Assembly: GCA_951406725.2 (NCBI GenBank)
Contig: OX597824.1
Span: forward strand, 9,052,001 to 9,116,000
Direction of reading: 5' to 3'
DNA: 64,000 nt
Source: Octopus vulgaris
Lineage: Eukaryota
Shown: piece by piece, positions 13,724 through 28,097 of the stretch
How positions within the stretch are numbered: position 1 is the first letter of the stretch
How the letters are laid out: the number at the start of each line of letters is the position of its first letter
Made by a program: the position numbers and the translations under genes
Notes under the pieces: model-generated
Told to the model about the DNA's origin: nothing
Seen by the model: the letters and a program-made list of their open reading frames with translations, nothing else
Database searches by the model: none

Positions 13724-13921
13724 CTCTTTTACTGTTTTACTTGTTTCAATCATTTGACAGTGACCATACTGGAGCACCGCCTTTAGTCGAGCAAATCGAC
13801 CCCAGGACTTATTATTTGTAAGCCTAGTACTTATTCTATCATTCTCTTTTTGTCGAACCGCTAAGTTATGGGGACCAGCATCGGTTGTCAAGCGATGTTT
13901 GGGGGGACAAACACAGAAACA

Positions 13922-13973
<52 letters not shown>

Positions 13974-14116
13974 AATATATATAAATATACATATACACGA
14001 CGGGCTTCTTTTCAGTTTCCGTCTACCAAATGCACTCACAAAGCTTTGGTCGGCCCGAGACTATAGTAGAAAGCACTTGCCCAAGGTGCTACGCAGTGGG
14101 ACTGAACCCGGAACCA
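13724..14116 (-). mobile_element. SINE family A
   Basis: Reverse complement of about 2128-2500. Confidence 0.9.
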
Positions 14117-14141
14117 GATTTATTATTATGAATAATTTTCG

Positions 14142-14570
14142 AAGGCAGCGAGCTGATAGAATCGTCAGCGTGGCAGGAAAAAGCGTCTTTACATTCTGAG
14201 TTCAAATCCTCCGAGGTTGACACTTACGGGGTCGATAAGATTGGTACCAGTTGGTCACTAGGGTCGATCTAATCGATTTACTTTTCCACCCAAGCTTGCC
14301 GGCCTTGTGCCAAAATTTGGAACAACGCTTATGATTTTTTTGTTGTTAAGGTGGCCAACTGACAGAATCGTTGCCATGACGGACAAAAATGCTTAATGGT
14401 ATTTCGTCCGTTTTCACGCTATGAGCTCATATTCAAGAGAGGTCGATTTCGCTTCTCCATTCCTTCTTTCGAGGTCGATGAAATAAGTACCAGTTGACCG
14501 CTGGCATCCATGTAACCGACTAGCCCTCTCCCGTAAAAATTTCAGGCCTTGTCTCTATAATAAAAAGGAT
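14142..14570 (+). mobile_element. Two adjacent diverged SINE family B copies
   Basis: Units at about 14142-14325 and 14348-14570, each with GAATCGT..., GAGGTCGA, GTACCAGTTG, GGCCTTGT. Confidence 0.8.
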
Positions 14571-14654
14571 TATTAATTTTGCTGTCGTAATTTTTGTTGC
14601 TGCTATCTTGCCTCGGCTCAGCACAGTTCCAACATACTGAAAAAGGCTATATGT

Positions 14655-14950
14655 AGGCGCATGACCTTGTGGTTAGAGCAGCGGACTCGCGGTCGAGGGA
14701 TCGCGGGTTCGAATCTCAGACCGGGTGATGTGTGTGTTTATGAGCGAAACACTTAAGCTCCACACAGCTCTGGCAGAAGGTAATGGCGAACTTCTGCTGA
14801 CTCTTTCGCCACAACTTTCTCTCACGCTTTCCTCCTGCATCTTGCAGCTCACCTGCGACGGACCGGTGTCCCGTCCAGGTGGAGAACCTATACGCCAAGG
14901 AAACCGGGAAACCGGCCCTAATGAGCCAGGCATGGCTCGAGAGGGAAGGA
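14655..14950 (+). mobile_element. tRNA-derived SINE family C
   Basis: GTGGTTAGAGCAGCGGACTCGCGG...GGTTCGAATCTC; degenerate flanking repeat ACTGAAAAAGGCTAT / ACTGTAAAAGGTAT. Confidence 0.88.
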
Positions 14951-15553
14951 ACTGTAAAAGGTATTCCAGTTATGCACACTTCATCTTTAATTTCCAAGCA
15001 AACACATACATTATATTGTCCAATGAAATTTTAAACACAATATCATGAAACTTATGCCAATTGGCTGCTATATCTAGTTGGTCGATCGACCGCTTAGAAG
15101 CGACCCCGTTTGTTCGCAAAATTACCATTAATAAAGTGTAATAGATTTCATTGAATATACTATATTCCCCCAATATAATTTGACCTAGTGCCTCCTCAAC
15201 CGAAATCGATATTATATTTATCTATTTGTTTAAAATACGATCTGATTCTTTGGTTAAAAGGAAAGATCAGTATGTTGAATGAATACAGAAATGCGATGTG
15301 GTTATAATGTAGGTTTTCTCTAATCAAATCTTGTGATATCTTTTGATTGATGTAACCTAAATTCTTGTCATATATATATTAATATTTACTTTTTATTTCT
15401 TTCTGAGCGTGACGTCGACAGAGGAAAAATAAACAACAAACATATATTATCACATGCACACGTGAAGATACGCGCATGCACGAACACACACATGGATCAA
15501 TATGGATGTGTGTGTGCATATGTGTATAAGTATATATATGTGCATACGCATAT

Positions 15554-15630
<77 letters not shown>

Positions 15631-15967
15631 AAAACGTAAATATAAACCATCCGATCTTCTGATTACCTCATTTCTTCTAATATATAATACCTGTACATCA
15701 TCTCCAAACCTTCCAATATATATATATATGTATATATATGTATGTATATATATATATATCTACAAACACACACACACATATATATATATATATACATGTA
15801 TGTACACACATAAATATACATATATACATATACATATAAATATACATATATACATATACATATATACCTACATATATATTTATATATATATATATATATA
15901 TGCATACATATATATACACATATATGTACACACATGAATATACATATATACATATATATATACATGT

Positions 15968-16023
<56 letters not shown>

Positions 16024-16908
16024 GGAAAGAGGGAGAGTGAACGAGAGGTAAAGAGTTAAGCGCAGATAGATACACAATCTTAGTACAGAGACAGAAGATA
16101 AGTAGATACCAGTATATCATCCTCTTCTAAACATCGCAAGATAATAGCACATCATTCTCCATGCATATTTGTCAAGAATAATGATAAGAGTAAATCTGCC
16201 GTCATTGCATAGCGCAACTTTGACAGGCCCCCCCCCCCTCATTAAATAATAGCTGGAAACGATACGATTTATGTTTGGTTCAGAATTATCGTATCACAAA
16301 CCATTCTCCGTAAATAATGAACAAACTAACGTAACCGATTTTGAACTGAAAGGACATTACGTCATTTTTAACTACATCTGTTTCGAACATATCAAAATTT
16401 CAATGTTGCAGCCCCTCATCACTTTACACTCCGCCGCCATCATATCTTCTGTTTCAACATATATGATAATAGATATGTCCAAATTCCTGGATGCAAGAAT
16501 GTAATTATGCCAGTAACTCGAAGGTAACTCCGGACTTGTGTCTGTATGTATGTGCATGCGAATGTGTGTATATTTGTTTGCTTATGCGCTTATCTGTGTG
16601 TCTGTGTTATGTTTAAAGTCTATCTCTAGGCCACAGATTCCAACGGTCAGAGCTTGTTCGATTTTACACAGCATTTCAGATACTGAAATTACAAGGGAGA
16701 CCTCGAACGAGACTTCAGTACACTGCAAGTTATTCACCCACACCTGGTACACACTTACAGGTGAGTAGACTGAACCAATATAAATTGAAGTACCTTTGTC
16801 CGGCACATAATACCACCATCTGCTCCGAGGAACCAACACATGCCCTATATTCAACAAGCCTATCACTCAAATCACTGCACCAATCCTTAGTATCTATCTA
16901 TCTATCTT

Positions 16909-17495
<587 letters not shown>

Positions 17496-17511
17496 TATAT
17501 ATATATATATA

Positions 17512-17622
17512 TGTTCAGCAAAATTTAGATTCAAATGAATATGGTACTTAAGTTAGATGCACCAGTATTTTGTATGTTGTTATCCATATAAATCCATGGG
17601 GTGATTCTTATTCCTTATTTTG
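17512..17622. repeat. Short dispersed repeat between microsatellites (second copy 49728-49862)
   Basis: Shared GTTCAG..AAAATTTAGATTCA.ATGAATATGGTACTTAAGTT...CTTATTTTGATATA. Confidence 0.75.
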
Positions 17623-17698
17623 ATATATATATGTATATATATATATATATATGTATATGTATATATATGTATATATATGTGTGTGTGTGTGTGTGTGT

Positions 17699-17980
17699 GG
17701 AAGTGCAATGGCCCAGTGGTTAGGGCAGCGGACTCGCGGTCGGAGGATCGCGGTTTCGATTCCTAGACCGGGAGTTGTGTGTGTTTATTGAGCGAAGACA
17801 CCTAAAAGCCCCACGAGGGGGCGGGGCGACCCCTGTTGCACTCTTTCGTCCCACTCTTTCTTCCTGTTTCTTGAGTAATGCTGCGATGAACTGGCGTCCC
17901 GTCCAGCTGGGGGGAACGCATTAGCCACAGAAACCAGGAAACCAGGGCATGAGCCTGGCTAGGCATGAAAAGAGCGCATA
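17699..17980 (+). mobile_element. tRNA-derived SINE family C
   Basis: Head nearly identical to the 7109 copy; tail shared with the 9215 copy. Confidence 0.88.
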
Positions 17981-17996
17981 ACTAATAATAATAATA

Positions 17997-18046
<50 letters not shown>

Positions 18047-18090
18047 CCAACTAACTATCTATAGTGAGATAGAGAGAAAGAACTAATAAT

Positions 18091-18172
<82 letters not shown>

Positions 18173-18611
18173 CCAACTAACTATCTATGGTGCGATAGAG
18201 AGAAAGAAAGACAGAGAGGCACACAGACAGAGAGAAAGAATATAAAATATAAAAATGGTCAGTATGTAAGAGATGAATATATATATTTCCCCAGTTGATA
18301 TCCATTAGATGATGGCTGTTTCGCTGCCACCATCATGCAACAATAATTTATTTAAGTGTATAATAAACTACTTTACACGTCTGCACTAGTAGAGAATGAC
18401 ATAAATTGCATAGTACCGTTCTACAGTTTACAAACAAATGTAGATAGAGAAGGCTGGCTCTTGGAATAGACAGAATATCAATCTTTCAACGCCGCTATAC
18501 GCATACTAAAAATTCATCTCATTCATATACACATACTTACATAGATACACACACGTGTACGAACACTCACACATGTATATATGTATATATGTATATATGT
18601 ATATATGTACT

Positions 18612-18669
<58 letters not shown>

Positions 18670-18768
18670 TACATATATATATATACATATACATATATAT
18701 ATATATAATTATACATATATTTATATAAATACACATATACGTATATATATATATATATACGTATATAC

Positions 18769-18811
<43 letters not shown>

Positions 18812-18906
18812 TATATACATATATACATACACACTTATATATACATATATATATATACACACACAGACACACACACACACACACACACATACACATACAC
18901 ACACAT

Positions 18907-18972
<66 letters not shown>

Positions 18973-19437
18973 ATTCAAGACTTCTTGTGCAGTCAATAAT
19001 GACGGTAAGCAGGTTTATTGTATTAAATATATTAAAATGATAATGAAATAGTCTGAAATACAGAAATTTATGTTATTCTTTTTTTAATAGAGATATTTAC
19101 ATATTGTAATATTGTGATAGACTTTCTATTGATTAATCTCTGAATTTCCTATTCTCGAGTGGAACGTTTCGTATTCAACTCTCCCTCTCTGCCTGCCAAA
19201 GTTTTCTCGACACACACTCAGACGTACACACGTACACACACATTTCCATCTGAACGTTGCTTTCCTTATCCTTTCTCTGTGAATAAGGAACTTCTGAAAG
19301 AGAGATGAGAGAGAGAGAGAGAGAGGGAGAAAGAGAGAGAGAAAGAGGGAAAGAAACTGTGAACGAGTGAAAAAGGGAATGTGTTTGCATGGGTAAGTGT
19401 TTGTTTGTGTGTGTTTGTGCGCGCGTGTATGTGTGTA

Positions 19438-19470
<33 letters not shown>

Positions 19471-19555
19471 GAGTGTGATTTCAGCATCATATGGAATAGA
19501 ATGCAATATAAATATCGTACCACCTTCAGAGATACACTTGTGATATACGTCCAAG

Positions 19556-19612
<57 letters not shown>

Positions 19613-19751
19613 ATACAAACAAACATACATGCATATATCCACACACGCCCGCGAGTGCACATACATATTGCCGCACATACTCACACATTATACACGTGTG
19701 TATAAGCATATATGTGTATTAATATAAGTACCCGTATGTGTGAGCATATAT

Positions 19752-20078
19752 AGGAGTGGCTGTGTGGTAATTAACTTGCTTCCCAAACTCATGGTTCCGG
19801 GTTCAGTACCACTGCGTGGCACCTTGGGCAAGTAACTTCTACTATAGCCTCGAGCCGACCAAAGCCTTGTGAGTGGATTTGGTAGAAGGAAACTGAAAGA
19901 AGCCCGCCACGATCACTTGACAACTGATTCTAATGTATTTAAGACCCCGTAACTTAGCGGTTGGGTCAAAAAGCGATAGAATAATTACTAGGCTTATAAA
20001 GAATAAGTCCTGTGGTCTATTTGCTCGATTAAAGGCGGTGCTTCAGCATGGCCGCAGTGAAATTACTGAAAGAAGAAA

Positions 20079-20080
<2 letters not shown>
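19752..20080 (+). mobile_element. SINE family A lacking the internal microsatellite
   Basis: Matches 2088-2240 joined to 2325-2495. Confidence 0.88.
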
Positions 20081-20139
<59 letters not shown>

Positions 20140-20150
20140 GATAGATAAAC

Positions 20151-20197
<47 letters not shown>

Positions 20198-20306
20198 GAG
20201 AGGTGGGGAGAGATGGATAGATGTGCGTGTGTGTTCACACACATACATGTACACAAGCACACGCAATCAAACACACACATTTTTAAAAGGACAGAGAGGG
20301 TGAGGA

Positions 20307-20339
<33 letters not shown>

Positions 20340-20898
20340 TAGATAGAAAGCGAATTATCGATGCCCCCCTCCTCTTACTTCTGCCACATAGCTACTCACT
20401 CTCTAATTGTAGTTTGATGGCCTCCTACTGCGTTACACAAAATATATTCATATACACATCGGAAATTATTATACGTGCGTGCAGGTGAACATAGACTCTC
20501 TTATTGTCCTGTTTGCACTCGTGTGTGCGTGTATTTGTTCGCGAATAAAGTTTTTGATTTGTTACGTATAACGGTTTTTGCAAGAAATCATTGCTTTAGC
20601 AGATTTTTCTTTTGTTTGTTTTTTTCTACAATATTGAGAAAGCAAATTATTGCAGACAGCAAGTAAACAGTCCTTGATGACAATTGCTTACAACCTTGCG
20701 ATTCTCTTATTCTCTTCTGTCTTCGTTTTTTTAATTCGAAGACATGGACAAACACAGTCACTCAGACACACTCTCATTTATTCTATTAAACTTTAATAAA
20801 TCTCAAAGTTATAACAAGGTATCCTCAATTAATTTCTGGTAGTGATGAGAGATTGACACAAACATTTTATGATATATCTATATCTATATCTATATCTA

Positions 20899-21002
<104 letters not shown>

Positions 21003-21077
21003 CGTACATACATACATATATATATGTATATGTATATATGTATATATATGTATGTATGTATGCTTGTATGTATGTAC

Positions 21078-21163
<86 letters not shown>

Positions 21164-21177
21164 GTATATGTATATGC

Positions 21178-21227
<50 letters not shown>

Positions 21228-21593
21228 GTATGTATGTATATTTGTATGTATGTATGTATGTTTGTTTGTATGTATATATGTATGTATATATATATTACTG
21301 TTTCGTTACGTTCGGAGTTCAAACTTTGCTGTAATCGATTTTGTGTCCTTCATTGTTCAATTGTTCACGGTTCGATAAAGTAAACATCATTTGCGATCTG
21401 TTGTCAATATAATCGACTCTTTCGTTCCTACTTATTCGTGGTATTTATGTCAACGATGAGACAAAAGGAGAAGTATAAAACAAAAGCAGTTTTTAATTTC
21501 TGGTAAAAGATAAGCTGCCGGTCGATGTCGTCCGCGAAAAGTTTCGATCCCCTGTTGAAGAGATATTAATTTCTGTTGCCGAAACTTCTGTTG

Positions 21594-21680
<87 letters not shown>

Positions 21681-21939
21681 GTGTGTGATAACTTATATAG
21701 TTATGGACAATGTGTCTAGTTTCGGCATATTTGGCATTAGAAATTTTTTCGTTTGCCCTTATTTATAAGTTGTTTATAAATATAACCTTTAAAGGTATTT
21801 TTAATATGCTGGCCATTGATAAAATTTTTTTCGAAAAATGTTATCCTAAATTAGATGTATATATATGTTAATTAAAAGAAATTCCTCATTCCTATATGCA
21901 AAATATTTATCGTGAGAATTATTTTTATTTTTAGTTAGT

Positions 21940-22275
21940 TAGTTGGTTACTTTGGTAGTTCAGTAGTTCTCTCAGTACCATGAAGCCCATAAGGTCTCCC
22001 ACATGAACCCTACAGCCGACACTGTTTGCTGCAACTGGTCTGGGGTCATTCCTGTTTCTGAAATATTCTCGTCTTCTTTCTTTGTCAGTGGTCCTTTTCC
22101 ATCTGGTCTTCGGGTGTTCTGCTGCTCTTTTCCCATCAGGCTTTCACTTTAGAAGATGTCCGATCCAGTTCCTCTGTCGGCCTCTTATATTGTCACCGAT
22201 CCTGTGGATGCCAGTTGTATCACTTGTGTATTCTCAGACCTTTTTGCAGTCATTTCTGGTAGCGTATTCTCCTTA
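21940..22275 (-). mobile_element. RTE-clade LINE 3' fragment (decayed)
   Basis: Minus translation IRGRQRNWIGHLL...KPDGKRAAEHPKTRWKRTTDKE resembles the RTE C-terminal WxGH...GKRxxGRPKxxW motif; short (AACT)n tail. Confidence 0.75.
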
Positions 22276-22647
22276 AACATGTGAATTGGAAGCTATCCAA
22301 TGTTTTAGAACAGAATATACAAAACCTAGAGCGCATTCTAGAATCTAACAATGGAGATGCAAAGGTACAGGCTGTAAAATGAATGTGAAGTTCTTCAAGA
22401 CATTGGTTCGATCAGTATTACCCTACGGATGGGAAAATTGAAAAGTTACAAAAATGGAAGAAAAAACAATATCTTCCAATTCTTATTGTTTATCACAGTT
22501 TTAATTCCAATGACATTCACCTAAATCCATACATGTAGCCGTAACCAGGTCAGCTATGAGCATACACACACATACACACACGCACACACACACACGCACG
22601 CACACGCACACACACACACACATATATATTGATTTTATATATATATA

Positions 22648-22875
22648 TTCTTTCATTTGTTTCAGTCGTTTGACTGCGGCCATGCGGGAGCACCGCTTTT
22701 TAGTCGAACAAATCGACCCCTGGACTTATTCTTTGTAAGCCTGGTACTTATTGTAACGGTCCCTCTTGCTGAACCGCAAAAGATGTTGGTGTGTTTACGG
22801 GGACGTCAACACACCAACATCGGTTGTTAAGCGATGGTGGAGGGACAAACACGAAAGAAGACGCACACATAAATG

Positions 22876-22913
<38 letters not shown>

Positions 22914-23083
22914 TATATATTTATTCGACGGGCTTCTTTCAGTTTCTGTCCACCGAATCCACTCACAAGGTTTTGGTCGGCCCGAGGCTATAGTAGAAGA
23001 CGCCCAAAGTGCATGCAGTTGCACGGAACCCGGAATCATATAGTTGAGAAACAAGCTTGTTACCACACAGCCACTCCTGCGCC
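22648..23083 (-). mobile_element. SINE family A, near full length
   Basis: Reverse complement of 2081-2500, ending in CACACAGCCACTCCTGCGCCT. Confidence 0.9.
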
Positions 23084-24205
23084 TAATATATTCAGCTGTT
23101 GTTTTCATGATTGTGTTACCTAGGACTCGATCTTCTAATGTCATTTTACCACCAATAAGAGTGTAGATTAATATTTGAGGGGTACTTTATTCCATAAAAT
23201 TTGTCATATAGACAGTACAAAGATTGTGTAGCTTTGCGGGCTGGACAATCACATTAATGAATGAAAATGAAATAAAATGAATAAATGAGAGACGAAACCC
23301 AACACCCACCGATTGGATTTTTCTCGAAAACATATTTTCTTTTTTTAAAAAAATCAATATGAGGTTTCAAAACCTCTTACAAGAAGGAGGCACTAAATCC
23401 TCTTCCTTAACATGTCTTTTTTTTTAAATACACAAGTGAGGTTATAAACCACTACAATTAATACAATAAGATGAGGTTTCAAACCCTCTAACGAGGCTTT
23501 TCCCCCTCCTACTCATCGATATATCCATCGAATTTGAGAGAGACTTGCCTGGTATTTCTTGTTAGCGTAACAAACGCACAGAGGAACTTTTTTTCTTCTC
23601 GTGGACTCGTCCAGAGACTCCTTCGTTACGGTGAACAATAGAGCAGAAATAAAAGAAGAAAAGGAAAGGGAAAACTATTCCCCAACAAGTCATGCGCGAC
23701 GCGAGTCAGGTTTGTTCAATCACCAAGCGAAACTAATTTTCCTTCACATGCTCGGTTAATGACTGCACGGATTGCATCAGGTTTCAAAACTTCATATTTC
23801 ACTACAAATAATGAATGGCGCTTTTATGCTTAGTCGAATGTAACTAAACATTTATGAATGCGTAATAGATTTAAGTTGACAGCATTTATTAAGCAAGACA
23901 ATGGCTAGGAGTCCCACTGCACAATAATGGTAACGTCATATAGTATGTTATAATAAACTAATGAGCGGTTCAATGTTTTGTTTTCCATATGTAGGATTAG
24001 AAATACGTCACCAATATCTTGTTAGATGCTGTGCGTGCGTGATGTACATACGTATGAGAAACAAGGTATGTGTGCGAGTATGTGTGTGCGTGTGTGTTCG
24101 TGTATATGTACATAATAAATATGTGTATATTCATATATATATATACACACATATATATACATACATATATATGTGTATATCAACAATAATAATTATGAGG
24201 ATTAT

Positions 24206-24246
<41 letters not shown>

Positions 24247-24250
<4 letters not shown>

Positions 24251-24435
24251 TATATAGAAGGAGCTTCTACAGGACTAGAACTGTTTCATTCAAGAGAAAT
24301 CTTCAGGAGCTTCCTGAAGATTTCTCTTGAATGAAACAGTTCTAGTCTGTATCCTTCTATATAATAAATTAATTTTACTCTGCTATGTATTGAGTACCTT
24401 ATTTACTGTGGTTAACCCCGAATCAACCCGGGACC

Positions 24436-24436
<1 letters not shown>
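24247..24436 (+). mobile_element. Solo PLE-type terminal repeat with inverted 5' copy, copy 1
   Basis: Palindrome centred near 24309 (arms about 60 bp) followed by tail AATAAATTAATTTTACTCTGCTATGTATTGAGTACC...CCCGGGACCTA; inside (TA)n. Confidence 0.8.
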
Positions 24437-24487
<51 letters not shown>

Positions 24488-24717
24488 CATACATACATAT
24501 AATATATATATATACATACATACATATATACATACATACATAAATATGGTAAATGAAAGTCAAATGGAATATACCAGAATGTTCATTATTAATGAAGACA
24601 ATTGTTTCGACACATCTACCACCCATGCCTCACGGGTGGAACACTGGTTCAGGAGCACCGAGCGGTGCAGATGTCTGTGAGCGTATCCCCCTCTCTCTCT
24701 CTCTCTCTTTATATATG

Positions 24718-24749
<32 letters not shown>

Positions 24750-24752
<3 letters not shown>

Positions 24753-25046
24753 TTATTTTATAGAAGGAGCTTCTACAGGACTAGAACTGTTTCATTCAAA
24801 TGAAATCTTCTGGTTCCCAAAGCATCAAGTGCCGAAAATGAACTTTCTTAACTTCCAGTTTAAAGGGTTACAGAATTAACACAGGTTATAGGAACATAAG
24901 CCTTCTTCCACGAAAAGCTTCCTGAAGATTTCATTTGAATGAAACAGTTCTAGTCCTGTAGAAGCTCCTTCTATAAAATAAATTAATTTACTCTGCTATG
25001 TATTGAGTACCTTATTTACTGTGGTTAACCCCGACTCAACCCGGGA

Positions 25047-25049
<3 letters not shown>
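24750..25049 (+). mobile_element. Solo PLE-type terminal repeat with inverted 5' copy, copy 2, with captured mariner DNA in the loop
   Basis: Perfect inverted arms of about 60 bp, same tail as 24247-24436; spacer 24809-24917 matches 26140-26248. Confidence 0.85.
24916..24966 (+). ncRNA. Type I hammerhead ribozyme motif
   Basis: agcttc-CTGAAGA-tttc[attt]gaat-GAA-ACAG[ttctagtc]CTGT-A-gaagct; 6-bp stem I, 4-bp stem III, GUA site; stem II begins with a U-U mismatch. Confidence 0.7.
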
Positions 25050-25080
<31 letters not shown>

Positions 25081-25740
25081 GTTGAAGCTTCTTCAATTGT
25101 AACTCTCAGTTTCACATTGTCAGTTTTGCATACGAGGGAAAGAAAGGAAACAACATGACTTCATGTAAGAAAACATTTAAGGGCGCCGAAATATTTATTT
25201 AGAATTTGGTTAGTTACTAAACATATGTTAGAAAATGCGTCGGCCATTATCTTTTAAGTTTCCATACGTAGACACGAGATCTATTCAGGAATTACCACCC
25301 AAGGAAGGCCTGATGCCTTTCTGTTTTCCCTCATACATATGTGAAATACACAAAAGCATGGAAGTGGTTCATGTCAATGAATTTATATCGTTCTTAGACT
25401 GCTGATTGTTTTGTTTTAGTTTTCAGTATACGACCCCTTTTTTAGAATATGACGAGCAGATCCATTATGTGAGAAATTACTTATTTTAGACAATTAGAAG
25501 TTTGAAGTTACTTCAGCATTTCGTTTCCTAATTTTGGAAGAAATGCAAAAGACAAAGACAGCTCTGTCCAACTCATTCCTGGATAGATTTTGGAGTGAGA
25601 ATCGTGGAATGAGTCTAAAATATACAAGCTATAGCGATAATGTAGATTCACAGCCTCAAACTGAAGCTTATACACAATGATAAATACGTGTGTGTATGTG
25701 TGTGTGCGTATGTAAATAAATATTCGCACAAATGTACACG

Positions 25741-25798
<58 letters not shown>

Positions 25799-25804
25799 AA
25801 TCTA

Positions 25805-26371
25805 TTCGGTTGTCTGGAAAGTTCGTGCCGATTTTTAAAGGAAAGAAAAAGGTCAATAAATACTTTCCATTTACATTTTTAATCAACCAAATATGAACCA
25901 TTTTGTTGCACAATGTGTCTCTATCTTTCCTTTAACTTGAAAATACCCTCTTCCCAGAATTGAGGGGGTTTCATGGCAAAGAATTCATCACGGTATCTTT
26001 TTACGTCATCCAAGGAAGTGAAATTTTTACCATTAAGACTATCCTCCAGAGACCTGAATAAGTGGAAATCCGAAGGAGCAATATCTGGTGAATATGGAGG
26101 GTGGAGTAACACATCCCAGCCGAGCTGCAGCAATGTTTGTCTGGTTCCCAAAGCATCAAGTGCTGAAAATGAACTTTCTTATCTTCCAATTTAAAGGGCT
26201 ACAGAATTAACACAGGTTATAGGAACATAAGCCTTCTTCCACGAAAAGATAGCTTAAACTGTGCTCTAAATGGCGGTATAGTCAAATCATATTTTATAGA
26301 CTCAACCATGTTCTAAAATAAGTCGAAAGGTAAGCTGCTATAAATCGGCACGAACTTTCCGGACAACCCAA
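25805..26371 (-). mobile_element. Internally deleted mariner (Tc1/mariner, DD34D type) transposon
   Basis: 30-bp TIRs TTCGGTTGTCTGGAAAGTTCGTGCCGATTT / AAATCGGCACGAACTTTCCGGACAACCCAA with TA on both sides; N-terminus MEDKKVHFQHLML fused to C-terminus LGWDVLLHPPYSPDIAPSDFHLFRSL. Confidence 0.95.
25921..26189 (-). pseudogene. Mariner transposase remnant (N-terminal about 14 codons plus C-terminal YSPDxAPSD region)
   Basis: ORF track 25921..26151 and 26001..26189; the YSPD(I)APSDFHLF motif is diagnostic of mariner transposases. Confidence 0.92.
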
Positions 26372-26605
26372 TATCTATCTGTATCTATATTTGTGAGTGT
26401 GTGCGTGTTTGATTTCATAAGCATTGTATTTATAAAGTTACGAAAAGTATAGAAAACGTGTATATTTTATAGAAAGCTGAAGCTTCTTCACTCATGAACT
26501 CAAGTTTTACACTGGTGATTATAGACGACATATTCAGTCGTTCCAATAATCGGTAACACGAAACTCCACTTTTTATAACACACGCACACACACTCGCCCA
26601 TACCC

Positions 26606-26640
<35 letters not shown>

Positions 26641-26668
26641 TAATTGCATATATGGATATATGTATGTA

Positions 26669-26749
<81 letters not shown>

Positions 26750-27072
26750 GTATGTATATTCTCACACGTTCGCGCGAGATTTATTACCTCTATGGCTGAC
26801 AGTTAGTTCGATTGGATAAATATATAACGTATGATCATAGTTGGAAAGTGTTATTTTTAGTTTAAAAGACGGGTCATAAATGTGGGGAAGTGAAGAAAGA
26901 AGAAAGAACGAGAATCAAATGAAGTGCAACGTAGAGATAGCCGGAAAGTCGTGAATTGTGCCGGTGTATATTTATGCGATGTGTATATTTATGTATATGC
27001 GCTAGTATGTATGTTTGCTTGTGTATAAGATTGTAAGAGCCTGTATATTCCTCCATAAATTTATATGCAAAG

Positions 27073-27103
<31 letters not shown>

Positions 27104-28097
27104 CAGACAAAGGCATATATGTGTGTGTGTTTGTGTTTGTGTAAGTGCATATATATATATATACACGTAGAGAAATATATACATACTTACACATGCATAT
27201 ACAGTTATTCATGCGTATGCAGGCGCTTTTATACGTACGCACCTATATCTGTATATGTATATATGAATATGTGTATGTATGTATTTATTTATGTATGCAT
27301 GTATATGTCAGTATGTACGTATGTATCTGTGAGTATGTATCTATGTTCGTGTGAGTATGTATGTATCTATGTATGTGTGAGTACTCATGTATGTATGTAT
27401 GTATGTATGTATGTATGTATGTATGTATGTATGTATGTATGTATGTATGTATGTATGTATGTATGATTAGATTTTCAGCGTTTGTTTTATTTTTCATTAC
27501 AATTGAGAGAAACCTTGTTGCTACGAATGGGTTCCATTTTTTCGATCGTGATATTGCAGGATTGAACTGAAATTAATTGCATCTTTTAATATTTATATAT
27601 TCATTATATTAAAACTTTTCTTTTCCCATTTCAACTTTACATTTCTAATTGTCATTACATAGATGTCGATCTTCTGATTTTTGTTCAGGCTTTTCAGTAC
27701 GATGGAAATATAAGTTCATTAACGACATTACATTACAAACAAAAGCCAGTTTAGCAAAGAGAGAATTTACCAGTATTTGACCAAGATCAGAACATTTTAG
27801 TTCACCGACCATTGGCTGTATAAAAAATACATATTAAAATGGAGCTGTTGGTGTAGGACAAAATGGTTCCTGTATATTTTCTTTCTTAATTGAAGTTATT
27901 TGGCACGGCATCGCTTACTTATGCTGTTGTATGAATGAGGGGTCGTTCTTCGACATGATTCTTCTCTGTATATGATTTCAGAGCAGACAACTGAATCGGT
28001 GTCCTTTCAAAACTGGAGCATACATACATACATACATACATACATACATACATACATACATACATACATACATACATACATACATACATACATACAT

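Noticed and set aside
18047-18210. 37-bp direct repeat separated by (TA)n
   Set aside because: Simple microsatellite-mediated tandem duplication; two copies only, not CRISPR-like.
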